A stretch of 64,000 nucleotides of DNA, taken from Callorhinchus milii (lineage: Eukaryota). A program made the position numbers and the translations under genes. Positions 14,500-28,499 of the stretch are shown here, piece by piece. The stretch is from NCBI RefSeq assembly GCF_018977255.1, contig NW_024704743.1, forward strand, positions 115,446,001-115,510,000, read 5' to 3'. The notes beneath the pieces are model-generated. The model worked only from the letters and a program-made list of their open reading frames with translations, did not search any database and was not told the origin of the DNA. Numbering within the stretch: position 1 is the first letter of the stretch; every line of letters begins with the position of its first letter.

Positions 14500-17076
14500 C
14501 AAATGGATTACTTCTCCACATGTATACTTTTGATCTGAAGATTTTGTGCAGGCAGGCTGATATCTGGAATCTCTTTTGAAAGCAGACCTCTTCTAAGCTA
14601 GCTGCATCCATTAATAGTACAAACGACTTTGTTATGGTCGGAACTGTTCCAAAGAACCATTTGTTAATCCAGGATAATGATATCTAGTATGCTACAATAC
14701 ACATTATCAGGATTATAAAGTGTCAGACAGAATTTGGTAGAAGCCATAAGTATTACCATACTTGTTAGTTCCATATGGTAACAGATAAATTCTGATTTCA
14801 GTGATAATGGTGAAAACATCTGGACAATGTGTGTTTGGTTGCTGTCATTTATGTTCTTTCTCATTTAACAGTTGGATCTGATGTCTGGCCCAATTTGAAA
14901 TTATGCAGTCTGTAGTTACTGTAACTGTACTGTAACTGTACTGCAACTGTTACCTGAAAAAAAACTGTTTGGTTGCTTTTTTAAAAAAAAATAAGTGTTC
15001 AAATCTCTGTTTTGAGGAGCTAGATATATTCTAGGTTGCCCAAGCCTTGGCTTATGCCAACCTGCTCCTAATATCCTCCGGAATTGGATAAGGATAGCTC
15101 TCTCTGGGGGGGGGAGAGAGTAGAGTGCACATTTCATGCCAGATGTGCTGATTTCCATGTGTAGGTGGTATACATGGTGGAATTGTCAGTCTTGTTTCGA
15201 TACACCTAAACATGATTTTTCTGCATGTGTCAGGTACCTAGTTGACTTTGAAAATTACAGTTCTGTATAACCTTGCATATTTTTGTGCACTTGATTGGTA
15301 CTATTCACTGCTGGAGTTAGCAGGTTTGCCTAGCATGGGGCTTGAGTCGCAAATAGTTTTGCATGTGTGTATTCAGCCTCTTGAGCCTCCGACTGTGGGG
15401 GGAGAGGGGTATTTTAAGGGTATAAGTGATCATCAAGGAGGACCATACCACTTGACGACCACCCCCCTCCCCCAACTCCATTTCTATTTGTTTTATGTCT
15501 CTTGAATGCCCTGTGGAGGCCATAAAAACAAATCCACACATCCATGCAATAAAAAGCCTGTGGAATGGAGCACAGAATTGTCATTGTTTATGTGTACAAG
15601 AAGTCTGTCCCTTCATGTACTAAAAAAAACTTTTCATTCCTCTTGCTGCTGGGGAAAGTGAATACGCTAAAGATGAACATACTCTCTGCCTCTTCTTTAA
15701 TTTGTTTTGTCAGAATCCAATCAATTACGATTCTTGAAGGCTGTGCAAAAAATATTTTCTTCTGTTCCCCACCCCGCCATCACAGCCCAAGTTTACTTTA
15801 TCTGGTCCTTCATGCAGAAATGCCTGCATATCTCAATACTTTTTTATGAAATAAACTGCTGTATATTTGAGTAAATGTGGTATTTTGGGTTTTATAGTTC
15901 TGTAAACCCTCCTTCAAAGAAAATTTCAGTTAATTCAGGGAACATTTAGTGCATTTTAATTGTATGCCAAGCATTCCAATAATATCTTTTGGCATTTTGG
16001 GCATGAAGTTGTAAGCTGCAGCGATTTAGAATGTTATTTGGTGTTTGCATGGTAGAAATTAGGTGTTTTGTAAATTACAATATGAAAGTATTTGTGCAGA
16101 TTAATCCAATATTTTCTTGGCAGTCGGTATCCTGTCATTGCTGGTAACCTATTCCAGCTGTTAATTCCCCTCTGTCTATAGAAATATTTTTGTGTTGGTC
16201 CTAAAATTGCTCTTTCGGTCTGATTAGTATATTATGTTTAACAATTGTACCAAAAAATGTGAACATTTCAAGAAGTAGCAATTGTATTTAATGGTTAAGT
16301 ATTCCAAATTTAACACCTTCTGCTGATGATTAGGAAACATTTTGCCTGGAGAAGTTTAAAGAGCAAATAATATTTTAGTGATGGCGAGAGCGATGTTGCC
16401 ATAAAAGTGCCATTTGTAATAATTAATGTAAAACTGATAAAGGGAAGCATAAATTGTTACAGCAATAAAGATGAACTTTAAGGCTGCTCATTCAAAATAT
16501 GTTAGTTACTATGTACATTGTATGCCAGTAATATTATGATACAAATATAATTTAGTTCTTAAAATTATTCTTCATACTTTACTCATACTGTATTTTAATG
16601 GGAAACTGGGTATTGTTGTTGCAGAAGTGTAAATGAAATTCCCCAGATTCACAAGTAAGATTTATGGTATCCAAATACAGTTGGTTTGTTCATCTGAACA
16701 CCATTATATATTCTCAGTAAGTTGAACAGTTGTTTGAGCAAACTTGATGAGCAACTATCTGCCAAACTACTGAATCTGAAACTATTATCCTGTCTGTTTT
16801 CCCGATTCTTGAATACCAGATTCCATCTCAATGACTTCAGATTTGATTAAAATCCAATATTTAATGTTCTGTTGCAGCTTATTTTATTCTGATATTCTAT
16901 GCCTTTTAATTCATTAATTTTGTTTCTTTATGCTACAAAGGACTTGCAATTGAAGCTTGGATATCGTAATAAACTATTAAACAATGCAAATAAACTAATC
17001 TTGATATTAAATTATCAGTCATGTCATGCTGAAGGCCATAGATCAGAATCAGCCTTTATCCCTTCATTCTTCTGAC

Positions 17077-17745
17077 ACAACAACTTGCACTTATATAGCG
17101 CCCTCCACGCAGGGTAGTGGCTCAGAGCGCTTAACTGTGGCTGAGCTTGACCGAGCCGGGGGTTGGAGGGAGGTGGCCATAAGCACAGTCAAAGAGGTTT
17201 TCAGGTGGGACTTGAAAAGGGGAAGAGAGGTGTCAACGTGGAGGGATTGAGGGAGAGTGTTCCAGAGTTTTGGGGCGTATTGGATCAAAGCGCAATCTCC
17301 GATGGTGAGATGGAGGGTGCGCGGGATAATATATAATAATAATAATCCTTGCATTTGATATAGCGCTTTTCACGTCTTCTAGACGTCTCAAAGCGCTTCA
17401 CAGAATATGCTGTAAAGTGAATTGACCGTATATTTGTGGGCGAAACTCGGCAGCCAATTGCGCAGAGCAGTGTCCCACAAACAGTCGTGTATTGAAAATG
17501 ACCAATTTATTATTGTTTTGGAGGGATTATTATTAGGCGTGTGGAGTAAGGAAACTTGCCCAAGGTTTCGCCCTCTGCCTGGAATTGAACCCAGGTGTCT
17601 CGCTTGCAAGGCAAGCGCTCTAACCACTGAGCTACAGGACTCCACAATGAGCAGGAGGCCGGTGCCAGTTGTGGGGGAGGCACCAAATGGTGGATTGGGG
17701 AGGAAGGAAGGTAGGCAGGACAAAGAGCACAGGAGTAAGAACTTT
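17077..17745 (-). mobile_element. Older L2 3' fragment interrupted by the SINE at 17326-17643
   Basis: caacaacttgcacttatatagcgccc tail; APKLWNTLP...FKSHLKT. Confidence 0.8.
17326..17643 (-). mobile_element. tRNA-headed SINE, short subfamily, full length
   Basis: Same head, body and tail; inserted into an L2 fragment. Confidence 0.92.
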
Positions 17746-17769
17746 TAAAATGGTTATTTAAGTAGGTTA

Positions 17770-17950
17770 TTAAAAATTATAATGATTTGGTCACTCAATC
17801 CACAATTTCGTGGGACATTGCTGTGTGCAGTTGGCTGCTGCGTTCCGCCCACAAAATGTACAGTCAATTAACTTTACAGTATATTCTGAGAAGCGCTTTG
17901 AGACGTCTCGAAGACGTGATAAGGCGCTATGTCAAATGCAAGGATGATTA
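17770..17950 (+). mobile_element. SINE 3' half
   Basis: Body and tail; abuts the L2 tail at 17951. Other partial copies lie at about 4940-5032, 12020-12165, 13940-14135, 22417-22530 and 61095-61212. Confidence 0.85.
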
Positions 17951-20025
17951 CAACAACAACAACAAGATTCCATTTATAAAGCGCCTTTCACGTCAGGAGG
18001 ACGTCCCAAGGTGCTGCACAGTTGGGTCAGGACCCGAGCAGGGGGAAATGGTCAGGCTGAGGGGAGGGAAGGGAGGGAGCGAGGAGGGGGAAGAGAGTCG
18101 AGAGGGGAGCTGAAGGCACGGTCAAAGAGAAAGGTTTTGAGACCGGCCTTGAAGGAGGAGAGGGAGGAAGCAAGGCGAAGGCACTGGGGGATGGAGTTCC
18201 AGAGCCTCGGGGCTGAGAGGCTGAAGGCCCGACCACCGATGGTAGGGCGATTGGGGCGGGGGACGTGGAGCAGACCGGAGCCGGAGGAACGGAGGGTACG
18301 GGCAGGTAGGTAGGGGGATAGTAGGTTGGAGAGGTAGGAGGGAGCAAGGCCGTGAATGGCCTTGTAGGTGAGGATGAGGATCTTGAAATCAATCCTCTGG
18401 GGGATGGGGAGCCAGTGGAGGCGAGCGAGGGTGGGAGTGATGTGGTCCCGAAGCCTGGTGCGGGACAGTACACGAGCTGCAGAGTTCTGAATGACCTGCA
18501 GCTTGTGGAGGGAGGTGGCGGGAAGGCCGGCGAGGAGAGAGTTCCCATAGTCCAGCCTTGAGGTGACAAAGGCGTGGACCAGGGTTTCAGCAGCGTGAGG
18601 GGTGAGGTAGTGCCGTAGTCTGGCGATGTTCCGGAGGTGATGGAAGGCGGTGCCAGTTGTGGTGCGGATGTGAGGGAGAAAGGACAGCTCAGGGTCGAAC
18701 AAAACGCCGAGGTTCCTGACTGGCTTTGAGAGGTGGAGAGTGCAGCCTTGGATGCTGATGGTGTCAGCGCCTGAGGTGCGGAGGCGCTGACGTGAGCCAA
18801 TCAGGAGGGCCTCGGTTTTTCGCACGTTGAGCTGAAGAAAGTTGTCTCTCGTCCAGGACTCGATGTCGGACAGGCAGCTGTCAGGACATCGGTGGTCGTG
18901 GAGTTGAGAGTAGAGGAGGAAAGGTAGAGTTGGGTGTCATCCGCATACATGTGGAAGTTAACTCCATGTCTGCGGATGATGTCACCAAGGGGGAGCATAT
19001 AGAGGGTGAAGAGGAGGGGACCGAGGACAGAGCCCTGAGGGACACCACATGAGACAGTGCGGGGGGTGGAGGAGAAGCCATTCGTGGAGACAAAGTGAAG
19101 ACGGTGAGAAAGGTACGACCTAAACCACTCAAGGACAGTGCCTTGAAGGTTGAGGTGGGAGGACAAGCGGTGGAGTAGGATAGCGTGGTCGACCGTATCG
19201 AATGCTGCCGATAGGTCGAGGAGGACGAGGAGGCAGAGGGAGCCCTGGTCACAGATGGTCAGGATATCATTGGTGACCTTGACCAGGGCAGTTTCTGTGC
19301 TATGGGCAGCACGGAAACCTGACTGAAGGGGTTCGAAGAGTGAATGGGTGGAAAGGAAAGAGCGCAGTTGGGAGGCGACAACTCTTTCCAGGACCTTGGA
19401 GAGAAAGGGGAGGTTGGAGATGGGCCGGTAGCTTGATAGCTGCGACGCATCAAGGGAGGGTTTTTTCAGGGTGGGCGTGATGGTGGCAGTTTTTAAGGGA
19501 ATGGGAACAGAGCCAGAGGAGAGGGACAGGTTGACGATGTCGGTGATATGTGGGGCAAGAAAGTGGAGCTGGGAGATAAGGAGTGGAGTGGGGATGGGGT
19601 CAAGGGAGCAGGTGGTTGGTTTCAGGGATAGGATGAGTTTGGTGACAGAGGGTGGGGAAACGGGTACAAAAGTGAGTAGGGGAGGATGGGTAGCAGTCGG
19701 AGTGTGGGAGTGAGGGGGTGGGGGGTTGGAGGGGAAGTGACCGCGGAGCGAATTCCCTTGATCTTGGATTGAAGGAAATCCAGCATCTCCTCGCAGTGAA
19801 GGTTGGAGGAGATGACCTGCGCGGGGTGGCGGGGGGGACGGAGGAGTCGGGTTGTGGTGGAAAACAGTAGCCTGGGGTTGTTCTTCGCCTCCAGGATTAT
19901 CCTGGAGTAGAAGGACGACTTGGCCGAGGCTAGAGTGGAGCGGTAAATTTTGAGGAGGTCCAGCCAGATTTGTCGGTGGACCGTTAGGCCAGATTTGACA
20001 CAGGTGCGTTCAGCAGCCCGCACCT
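17951..20025 (-). mobile_element. Young 5'-truncated L2-clade LINE (RT, ORF2 C-terminus, 3'UTR, (GTT)n tail)
   Basis: Translates to [66 protein letters not shown] and KTFLFDRAF. About two frameshifts; CpGs intact; (caa)n at 17951. Confidence 0.95.
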
Positions 20026-21388
20026 GGCTTTAAATTATTATGAGAAGGAGGCCTACTCTGAAATCCAGTTGAGTTAACCGGATGTGCTGAGTTTGCTTTG
20101 TGCATGTTTGATGTCTAAATTAAGTTGGATTACATGCTTCTTTCCACTTATCCTGTTTTCCAATGTACAAGGCAGGATGCCATCTGGTGCTTTTAACCCC
20201 TGTGTAGGAATAGAAATATTCCATATGTACATTGTAGATAAGTGTAAATCTCTCTCTCTCAGCACTGGTCTTCTTCACTCCCTGCCTGATCTGCCGTACC
20301 ATCAGTGCACAAGATTTCAGTCATTCTGCTGTACTCTCTGAGGACAAGGTCCTTGCCTCTTCCTCTCCACCTTCAAAACTTGTCCTCAGACCCATGATTT
20401 GAACTGTGCTATCACCACCTTATTTCTCACACCCAGCTTAGTCAGCATGTGTGTGTATGTATACTAAATTTACCTGAAAGCGAAGTGCTTGTACCATTGT
20501 ACAGTAATTATATTTCAGTATTGTATTTAGTTTTTTTTAGTACAAAGCTGCCCCACTTTCCAGACTCCCTTTCATTTTCTCCCCATTGGGCCATGTGCCT
20601 CTGCAGCTGATGAGACAAGTTTCATTGCTTCTTGTCATTGTTGAACTTGACTAACTGCCAGAAGGGGACACCCTCTCCATTCCTTTTCCCTTTCCTAACA
20701 GGGATCAAGACCGGATGGAAACTCAGTTGAGCTTAATTTGCAAAGCCAGCTTGGCAATACAATTGTGTGTGATTTTTAAAATTCATTGCTGTGTCTCCAT
20801 CGGAATTTAGGGGATATTATTGTTACTGATTTGGGATGAGCTCCTCCAATCATCTTGCCCAAACTGGATCATGTCTTTTTAAAAATTCATTCGCCAACTG
20901 AACAGTTAAATTGTTCCCTTTATGGGACTGTAATTGATGGAGAGATTTTTTTTATTTGTGAGGTGATGGATGTTAAAGCTGGGAATGAACTTTTGTTTTC
21001 CAGTTTGTGCACAGTTTTCTGTGCTTTATCAAGAAGTTATTTGTTAATGTTCTTTTACAAAGACTGATGTGGTACCAAAGGTAAAATATACCTTTGCATT
21101 CATCAAATTTCATTCATTCAGTGATAGTTGATGTAATTGAGAACTCTGAGACACAACCCAGTGGACCTCCACAGTGTTGCAAAAGGTTTCAAAAGTATGA
21201 AATTTTAAAATAGGACATAAATTATACAACATATAAATGTATTTTGTAAGGTGCCAGCTTGACATTCTCCCCTTGTTGTCAGAATATTGTGAGTTTAAGT
21301 CCCAGTACTGGGGAATACTGCTTTTTTGAAGGTTCTATGTTTCAGGTGAGAACTGAGTTTCTGTCTATCTGTTTTCAGGTGAACATTA

Positions 21389-21707
21389 AATAATAATAAT
21401 AATAATCCTTGCATTTGATATAGCGCTTTTCACGTCGGGAGGACGTCCCAAAGCGCTTCACAGAATATACTGTAAAGTGAATTGACTGTATATTTGTGGG
21501 CGATTGCGGCAGCCAATTGCGCACAGCAATGTCCCACAAACAGTCGTAGATTGAAAATGACCAATTTATTATTATTTTTGGTTTTGGAGGGATTATTATT
21601 AGACGTGTGGAGGAAGGAAACTTGCCCAAGGTTTCACCCTGCCGGGAATTGAACTCAGGTCTCTCGCTTGCAAAGCGAGTGCTCTAACCACTGAGCTACA
21701 GGACTCC
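21389..21707 (-). mobile_element. tRNA-headed SINE, short subfamily, full length
   Basis: Highly similar to the reverse complement of 53331-53644. Confidence 0.92.
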
Positions 21708-21711
21708 TACA

Positions 21712-22195
21712 GATTTGGACCCGATCGGGCAGGGGTAGGGTAGGAGGGTGGCCTAAGGCTAAGTCGAAGAGGAGGGTCTTGAAACCCACTTTGAAAGAGG
21801 CAAGAGAGGGAGCGAAGAGAATGTTGGATGGAGTTCCATAGGGTGGGGACAGAGAGGCTCGAGGCCTGACTGCCGATGGTGGGGCGGGCTGGGCGAGGCA
21901 CGTGGAGAAGGCCACAGCCTGCTGAGTGGAGGGAGGATAGATTGATATGAGGTTAGCAGGTCACAGAGTTAGGAAGGAGGGAAGGCCTTGAAAGAGAGGA
22001 TGAGGATTTTGAACTCTATGCTTGGGAGGATGGGGAGCCAGTGGAGTTGGTTGAGGGTGGGGGTGATAGGGTCACAGAGTCCTAGTGCAGGCGAGGATAC
22101 AAGCTGCAGAGTTCTGGATGATCTGCATCTTGTGGAGGGAAGAGATGGGATGACCAACTAGCAGAGAATTGAAGTTGACGAGCCTAGATGTGATA
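21712..22195 (-). mobile_element. L2 3' coding fragment
   Basis: PITPTLNQLHWLPI...FKILIL and PTLWNSI. Confidence 0.8.
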
Positions 22196-23365
22196 AACTC
22201 GTTCTTCAGAGATATTATTTCTGCTGATGGTTGGTGAGCCAGTAATAAGAGGGCATAACACTACAAAAATAAAGGAGCAGTTGGAAGATTTTGTTAAGCA
22301 CAGAAGATGTAAGTTGATTCCTATTGTGGCTATTTTCAGGTTTAGCTAAGTTGTCGGGGAGGGATGCAGAAAAGTAATACGGGAGACTGTCTACAACAAA
22401 CCAAGGAATCTGAGGGTAATAATAATAATCCTCATGTTTAATATAGCGCCTTAACATGATCTCATTCTCAAAATGCTTCACAGGTTTTTACTGAAGTATA
22501 TTTGTTGGCAAATGCGGGAATCAATTTGCACTGTACCAGGTGTGATAGATTAACAAAGGTGTTCTGTCTAAAAACATTATTGGTGGAATTAGGTTCTCAA
22601 ATAACCTCTTCCATCTAGGGAATGTCTTTGCTGTTACCAATACATGTTGAAGACATCAGTTAGAAAAGTCAAAGGTTCTCTTTCAAAATGGAGTCTAGTT
22701 TCAAACTGAATTTTCCTTTCAACAAAAGCACACAGTACAGATACACTTAGTAAGTTGCAGTAAATCTGATTTAACCTATTCAACATGATTTTTACTTGTA
22801 GAACATTGTCAGGAGCTGTTAACTATTTCACTGATTAATGGAGCTCCAGGCTTTCTTTCACTTGCACAATAGATGATTATAACCTGCTTTCACCTGCTGA
22901 ACTTGTGTTTTTGTTTGATTTTTTTCCATACGTGTAAAGGAGCACCTATTTCTGGCTGTCTTTCACTTCACCCATATTGTTTTTCTTTCTTGTTTATGAT
23001 GGTGTTGAAAAATGGAAACATTTTATTTATTGAGATTTTGCTGGTGAAATCAAAAAATGGGCTATATATGTTTCTTTAAAATTCCTACAAAAATAGTGTT
23101 GACAAATGAAAGGGGTGTTGTATGACGTAGAATGTTTGTATATGGTGGCAGCTCATACATTTCAAGTATTTGACTTACAACTACCACCAGATGGTAATTG
23201 TGAGACTGAGGCCCGGCTGTCAGTTGACTTCATCTGTCGTTGTTAGATGAATTTTGTCGATTCCCAGCTGTGATACTGCGTGTGTGTGTGTGTAACTCCA
23301 AGTGTAGATTCTCTCTCCTCTCTTTCGCCCCCAACCCCCGACCACACTGAGCGTGATGATGTTGT

Positions 23366-23591
23366 TTTCTCTTTGACCGTGCCTTCAGCTCCCCTCTCGA
23401 CTCTCTTCCCCCTCCTCGCTCCCTCCCTTCCCTCCCCTCACCCTGACCATTTCCCCCCTCCTTGCTCCCTCCCTTCCCTCACCCTGACCATTTCCCCCCT
23501 GCTCGGGTCATGACCCAACTGTACAGCGCCTTGGGACGTCCTCCTGACGTGAAAGGCGCTTTATAAATGGAATCTTGTTGTTGTTGTTGTT
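23366..23591 (+). mobile_element. L2 3' stub with internal duplication
   Basis: Same 3'UTR as the L2 at 17951; the ccctgaccatttccccc unit is duplicated. Confidence 0.9.
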
Positions 23592-24183
23592 AGGAAACCA
23601 CCAGCTCATCATCAAAAAAAACACACCCTTGGTGGTTGATTGCGGTGAAATGTGCTTGAGATATGTTCTTCACTTTGTCGAGTAAAATTGGAATTTAGGT
23701 AGGGTAATTTAATTCCAATGAAGTTATTTTTGTACTTCTCTGCACTGTTGATGGAACAACCAGCCTGGTGTGTTGGCGGAGAAGCAGCCATTCACTTGCG
23801 GGGGGCTGGGATACATCCAACTGCTTTTGGTAATCTTGCAAGCCAATACTCTTAACAGATGTCCTTAATTCAAATCACTACAACAGATCCTCAAAGGAGA
23901 AAACAAAAATAAAATGTTGCAAGGCATAAACTGCACATTTTGTTTCAGTCTTTTTATGCAGAGAATAACTTGTGTCATTTTTAAGCTTGTTAGATTTTTG
24001 TCTCAGAAATAGGCCATAGCTGAGAATTACTAGGAGGTGCTGACAGTTTCTTCACCCTGCTAGCCAAAGTCCTAATAGACAAGGCAGACCCAACTGGGCA
24101 AGTGTTGAACTGGACCTTTCTTCTGGGAAAAAAAATCTAAGTGGGCTGGAAGTACTATGCTAGGATCAGTATTTTGTATGAGG

Positions 24184-24632
24184 TAGACATTTCATGTAAA
24201 AGAAATGTCATGAAGGGCTTTACAGGATGAAATTAATTACACATAAAATGAATGTTTAGGGACACGTGTGGCAGCTAACTTGCTGCCAGCAAAAGTAGCC
24301 AAGATTGAAAAGATTGAAACAAAATGAGGAGTTTATTCCTTCTTATGTTACACACGTGCAACGTTTCATGAAGGCATTATCATTTATTGAAATAGATGTG
24401 ATGTTTGTTGAGCAACGTACTAGAATAGTAAGTTAGCTGCTACGTATGGACCTTAATGTTCATTTTATGTGGAATTCATCTCATCCTATAACGCACTTGA
24501 TGACATTTTTACATGAAAGAGTCTATATAATTTCTAAAAAGGTGAAGACATGCTCAACAAACATCACATCTATTTCAGTAAATTATAATGCCTCATGAAA
24601 AGTGACACATCCCATTTTTTGCACATGTGTAA
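24184..24632. repeat. Interleaved inverted repeats A-B-A'-B'
   Basis: 24184-24284 pairs with 24427-24525; 24348-24414 pairs with 24551-24632 (perfect 27-bp core). Confidence 0.88.
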
Positions 24633-25329
24633 TGATTTCTTCATAGTTAGAAATTTCCTGGCCACAAAATTATTAATTTTAATGGAGGTCCTCTGTATAG
24701 TTTGAAGATAGTGTAGACTTTTTCAAGGCCTGCACATCTGCAGTGAGTACATTGTATCCAAAGTATAATGAATTTTGTACTTCAATGTCCTCGGAGGTGT
24801 TTATGTGGGGCTCAGCTGGTACATTGCTCTTCAGACCTCTGGGACATGATGGTCCAGAGGGGAAAGTAACAAAAATACATGAACCGTAAACATTAAGGCG
24901 GTGATGACAGCAGCATTACAATGTTAAAGAAGAGGATATAGACAAAGGACAGACACAAGTAAAAGATGTGTCTTTCGTTGCATATACATTAGCCTAGTTT
25001 TGATTGATATTCCAATCATAAGAATAGTTGTTCCAATCTTCATGTATGTAACATATCATGAAAGATATATTATAGTATATTACAGCATAGAAACCTGCTA
25101 TTTTTGTGTATTTTTAAAACTAGTTCTTCTTTTCTCGCTCCAGAAATCTAAAATACATGCTTCAACAAAGAGAAATTGTGGTTCCACGATTCAATTTTAG
25201 TTCAGTAATCGCACCTTTGAGATAAATTGTATAGGCATAGTCCAGACAGTTGAGCCAATAATTACAAACATAACTGCTGCTTAATTTTCCATTGCTGATT
25301 AAATTATAAGAAACCTGCCCATCTGCGAG

Positions 25330-25656
25330 ACAAAATAGTCCAGTCGATTGGAGCTCGTGGGCTTTCATGATTGATGCCTATTGTTTCTGATCTGCATCTT
25401 CTGGCTGCTGCGTAACAACAAAAGAGCCTCTCGTCAGTCTGCAGCATGGTGCAGGAAAGTCAGTGCATTAATACAGGCCAGAGTCACCGTCTTCTCCTTT
25501 CTTGTGTTCAGTTGAATTACTGATCTATTTTTGTTGCTATCCGGATCCTGTCAGAATATAAACGGCATTAGAAGTATTGTACAACATTTCACTGGGCAGC
25601 CTTCTTTGTTTATATGGAAGATTTTCTTAGTTGGAAGCTGCATATTAAATATTATG
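25330..25656 (+). promoter_or_regulatory. Candidate alternative promoter and first exon ending ATG|gtgagt
   Basis: TE-free stretch that retains CpGs, with an ATTGG (reverse CCAAT) near 25347 and a consensus donor attATG|gtgagt at 25657. No clear upstream acceptor; start position approximate. Confidence 0.4.
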
Positions 25657-26749
25657 GTGAGTACAATCAAACTGCTTTCTGGTGACATTGTTTAATTATT
25701 TCAAGGTTAAAGTCATTGGAATATAGTGAAAATATTGTGCTTTGTAAATTTTCCTCAAGAGCTACCTGAATTTGTTAGTTTCCTAGTGTAGACAAATATT
25801 TGCTTTGTTTTTACAGTTTTTTTTCCCCCCAAAATCACCTAATTGTTAGGGTTGTTATGTAATTAAACTTTTTCCATTTTTTTCTTGCTCCCTCTTTAAA
25901 TATATATTATGATATGGGAGCTAAAAGGTAGAACAAAATATTAGTTAATTTGCGATCATGTAGTGATTTCTCAGATACATCTATTTATTGACAATTGTCC
26001 ATTTATGTGTATGCTTCACACTAATGTTTCATTTTCCCCTTTCAATGCCCTTTGGTGCTCTTTGTTGCTTTCATACAGTATTTCTTACATTGATTAACAT
26101 CCTCTTAAAGATTGATGCAACACCGAGTGTGCAATCTAAAATGTCTTTCAGGTTTTTATTTTATGCTTTGAATGCAGTATAAAAGAAGCCAGTTTGAAAA
26201 TGGGGGTGGTGGGGGGAAGAGTAAAGAGAAGATACTTTAGAAAAAGCAAAATGGAGCTATGAATCCCACTGTACGACCATTGATATCTTCCTGTGAGCTC
26301 TTACCAGCTATTAAATATCTTGCTTGTTTTCAGAGGCTGGTGAGCAATCATGCACTGAATTGCGCTTTTCACAAATTAACACTGATACAAATGGGCAGTG
26401 AAAATGTGGTTCCTTACTCGCATTGCTCTGAAAATAACACCAGTTTTATACGCCTTCGAGCAGTACAAAAGTAGCATTAGGCGTTATGCATGAAAGGATC
26501 ATATGGTTTGACTTGCCATTGAGATTGCTTTTCTGTCTCTTTGGACAAGGGCTTGACCTCTGGTTGCTGTCTGCCTCAGATAACCCTGCTGAGACTAGAA
26601 ACTTCATGCTTACGTAGTTGTCCGTCAAAATTGGCATGCCACAGTTCAGCCCTGCATACACTACTTTGATCTCGTAACAATTTTTAAAATATTTCATGCA
26701 TTTGGAGGGAGCAAAATAAGTAACGGCTAATAGAATATTTTATTTCTAA

Positions 26750-27112
26750 AACAACAACAATTTGCACTTATATAGTGCCCTCCACGCAGAGCAGTGTCTC
26801 AGAGCGCATAACAGTGGCGGAGCCTGACTCCGAGGAGGTGGGAGGTGACCGTAAGCATGGTTGAAAAGGAAAGCCTTCAGGCGGGACTTGAAAAGGGGAG
26901 AGAGGGGGCAAGGTGAAGGGATTGAGGGAGAGTGTTCCACAGTTTCAGGGCATAGTGGCTGAAAGAGCGACCTTCAGTAGTGGAGAAGATGGTGCGAGGG
27001 ACAAGTACGAAGCCGGTGCCAGTCGAGAGGAAGCGCTGGGTGGAGAATTGGGGAGTGAGGAGGTCGAAGAAGTAGGGAGGTGCCAGGGAGTGAATGGATT
27101 TGAACAACTTTG
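26750..27112 (-). mobile_element. Older L2 3' fragment
   Basis: FKSIHSLAPPY...LWNTLP and a (caa)n tail. The same family also occurs at about 13434-13740, 32933-33095 and 54778-54930. Confidence 0.85.
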
Positions 27113-27265
27113 ATTTTAAAAGTTAATGGTCCGCATTAAAAAGTGAGTGGGTTGCAAAAAAAACGCCCAATGATTACTGGAGCCAGATTGATGCAGGTCT
27201 GGGTGTAAATGTTTTTAATTGTACAAGATAATGTATATTTATATAGAGGAATCTCATTAATAACG

Positions 27266-27555
27266 TGGTTGTCTGGCTCGAGTTGGAAGCACTGGTCTCT
27301 GAATCAGACAGTTGGGGTTTGAAGCTCACATCAGGACTTTGAGCACCTTGTCTCTAGGCTGATAGGGAGAGTGTTGTGCTGTCAGAGACACGGCACGTCC
27401 TTTGGATGAGACATTAAACCAATCTCCTGTCTTCCTGATTTCAAAAAAGAAGGGAGTTAACTCCCAGTGATTTGGCCAACAATGCCCAAATAAAATTGGT
27501 CATTCACTCTATAGTTACAAGGGAACTTGTTAGTGTTGGCTGTTTGTGGGACAAT
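27266..27555 (+). mobile_element. Older Deu-type SINE
   Basis: Same head plus ggatgagacattaaacc. Further copies at about 3430-3589(-), 30453-30690(+), 37166-37330(+), 48625-48880(+) and 60841-61035(-). Confidence 0.7.
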
Positions 27556-28499
27556 TACTCCAATGAGTGCGTACAAATGCAATAAGTACGCTTTACAGGA
27601 ATTTCAAATATTGTATAAAGTGATGTCGGGAGCGTTTCATGAGGTCAGTGATGACTTAATGAACTGGAATTCAGCCTTGATTTAGCATAGGAAGTTATTC
27701 TGTCAGTGCTGGAAGACAGGTGTTAAAGTTAGCACAGATACACAGTAGACCTGCTTTCTAAATGAACCCTCACTTCGGGGTGGGGGGATGAACATTAATG
27801 TAGTTGCTCTACATAGAACCTTTCAAATAAAATAAATATTATGAAGTGTTTTACAAAATATAATTGTTAAAGATGAAAATAAATGTTTATATTGACAAAC
27901 ACAGAAACTAATCTTATCAAATTCCCAAATATATTTTCCCTTTGTTCATGAGTACACAAATTGTAGTTCACCTCATCTAAATTGTTGCACTGAAAGTTGC
28001 AGATAATATGTTGATAATCGCTTCCCTATATCCTGAAGTGCTCCGGGATGTTAGCCCACATGAAGGCCGCTGTATAAATGCAAGTTGCTGTTCTTCGTCT
28101 TTCTGTGCTAATTGAATCTTGGAACCTTTTTTCTGTTTTCAAACATGCGGTCTCAAATTTCTTTTTCTGAAAAATCGGGTGTGCTATGCTCTGAAGCATA
28201 ACTAGTTATAAGTGTATTGTTGCTAAGGACTGACTTGTAATTGACACCTCAGACTAGGTATTGCATTATATGATGACAAAAATCTAGAAAACATAATTTG
28301 GGGTTTCCCTTTTATTGAATATATTTTGTGGTGCTATGCAGATATCACGATTCTCATTTAGCTATAATCTTTGTAAAATAGTCTTTTTTGTTTGCTTCCT
28401 ACTGATTGCTGCTCACTTCCTAGTGATTGCTAATCTGAACAAATAATCAGCCCAGATGGTGTCTGCCCCAAACTGTTTGGATTAATATTGGTAGACTAT

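Noticed and set aside
18027..18800. 257-aa Ser/Pro-rich ORF
   Set aside because: Alternative frame of the C-rich L2 ORF2.
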